NCBI GenBank assembly: GCA_043801595.1
Contig: JAZDLW010000005.1
Location: forward strand, 1 to 46,526
Reading direction: 5' to 3'
DNA from: Candidatus Aenigmatarchaeota archaeon
Lineage (GTDB): Archaea; Aenigmatarchaeota; Aenigmatarchaeia; JACPZZ01
DNA: 46,526 nt
The position numbers and the translations under genes are program-made. Under the pieces are notes generated by a model that was given only the letters and a program-made list of their open reading frames with translations, was not told the DNA's origin and ran no database searches. This document shows positions 46,081 to 46,526 of this stretch, piece by piece; position 1 is the first letter of the stretch, and the number at the start of each line of letters is the position of its first letter.

Positions 46081-46506
46081 CTACCCCACCCCCTGCTTTC
46101 CACTGGAACCTTTGAACGCCGCCAGACCGTAAAATTCCCTGTATTTCGGGTATGGACCGTCCGCTGGATGAAAAAACGTCTTTGCTTTCGGTGTGGAATC
46201 CCTTGGAAACACGTAAAACCCGGCAGCCTCGCTCCCGAGCAGACAAACAAAAACAAGGTAGTCACACCCTTCCGCAAGCTCGTAGAATGTCTTTGCCTGT
46301 TCGCCGCCTGCCGCGAACAAAAAACCTTTGTTGTTTTTCGTGGAATATCTCACTTTGAAACGCAGCAACCTGTCTCCCTTCAGTGCGATAAAGTCCGGAC
46401 CGCCGTCAAAAAACAAATCCTGCGGCGCCCAGCCACACGACAACAACTCCAAAAACACAAGATATTTTGACAACAGGAAACCGAGGTTGCGATTTTTGAT
46501 TTTCAT
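46081..46506 (-). CDS. PD-(D/E)XK nuclease-fold protein, apparently degenerate
   Basis: G......V...L...G, PDFIA.KG....FKVR (in place of [QE]VK), DYLVFV and FYVFP pattern. Confidence 0.5.
   Translation of the reverse strand: MKIKNRNLGFLLSKYLVFLELLSCGWAPQDLFFDGGPDFIALKGDRLLRFKVRYSTKNNKGFLFAAGGEQAKTFYELAEGCDYLVFVCLLGSEAAGFYVFPRDSTPKAKTFFHPADGPYPKYREFYGLAAFKGSSGKQGVG
46088..46109 (-). promoter_or_regulatory. Origin recognition box (ORB)-like Cdc6/Orc1 binding site
   Basis: Minus strand reads GTTCCAGTGGAAAGCAGGGGGT, matching the archaeal ORB (TTCCAGTGGAAA plus G-string), ~40 bp upstream of cdc6. Confidence 0.7.
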
Positions 46507-46526
46507 ATTATTATATTATTATTTAT

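Noticed and set aside
671-46470. Numerous long antisense or alternate-frame ORFs in the track (e.g. 1699..2430, 7262..7978, 10826..11485, 17127..17795, 24772..25479, 44014..44580)
   Set aside because: They lie opposite or within well-supported genes and show no family motifs; shadow ORFs.

Overview
Archaeal chromosomal segment. Cdc6/Orc1, archaeal NAC, secF-secD order, geranylgeranyl reductase, an AglH/GPT-type enzyme and TATA-box promoters support this; compact genes suggest a DPANN-like lineage, which is inference only. Positions ~1-34.5 kb are a large surface-glycosylation region: nucleotide-sugar enzymes, GT2/GT4/GT-C glycosyltransferases, flippases, split Alg14/Alg13, methyltransferases and a B12-radical SAM enzyme. 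At 19.8-24.0 kb there is a rearrangement scar with a 69-bp direct repeat and two gene remnants. Positions 34.8-41 kb hold GGR, secF/secD, Lrp, a putative structured ncRNA, NAC, a catalytically degenerate LAGLIDADG protein and PAP2. The most notable locus is the minus-strand replication cluster ORB - cdc6 - DP1-like - polB. The PolD small-subunit homolog has lost its phosphoesterase metal ligands. The PolB sits where DP2 lies in Thermococcales and ends in a DP2-type zinc finger, suggesting a eukaryote-like 'PolB + inactive B-subunit' replicase. No rRNA, tRNA, CRISPR array or transposase was recognised. All calls are by eye from motifs; no searches were run.
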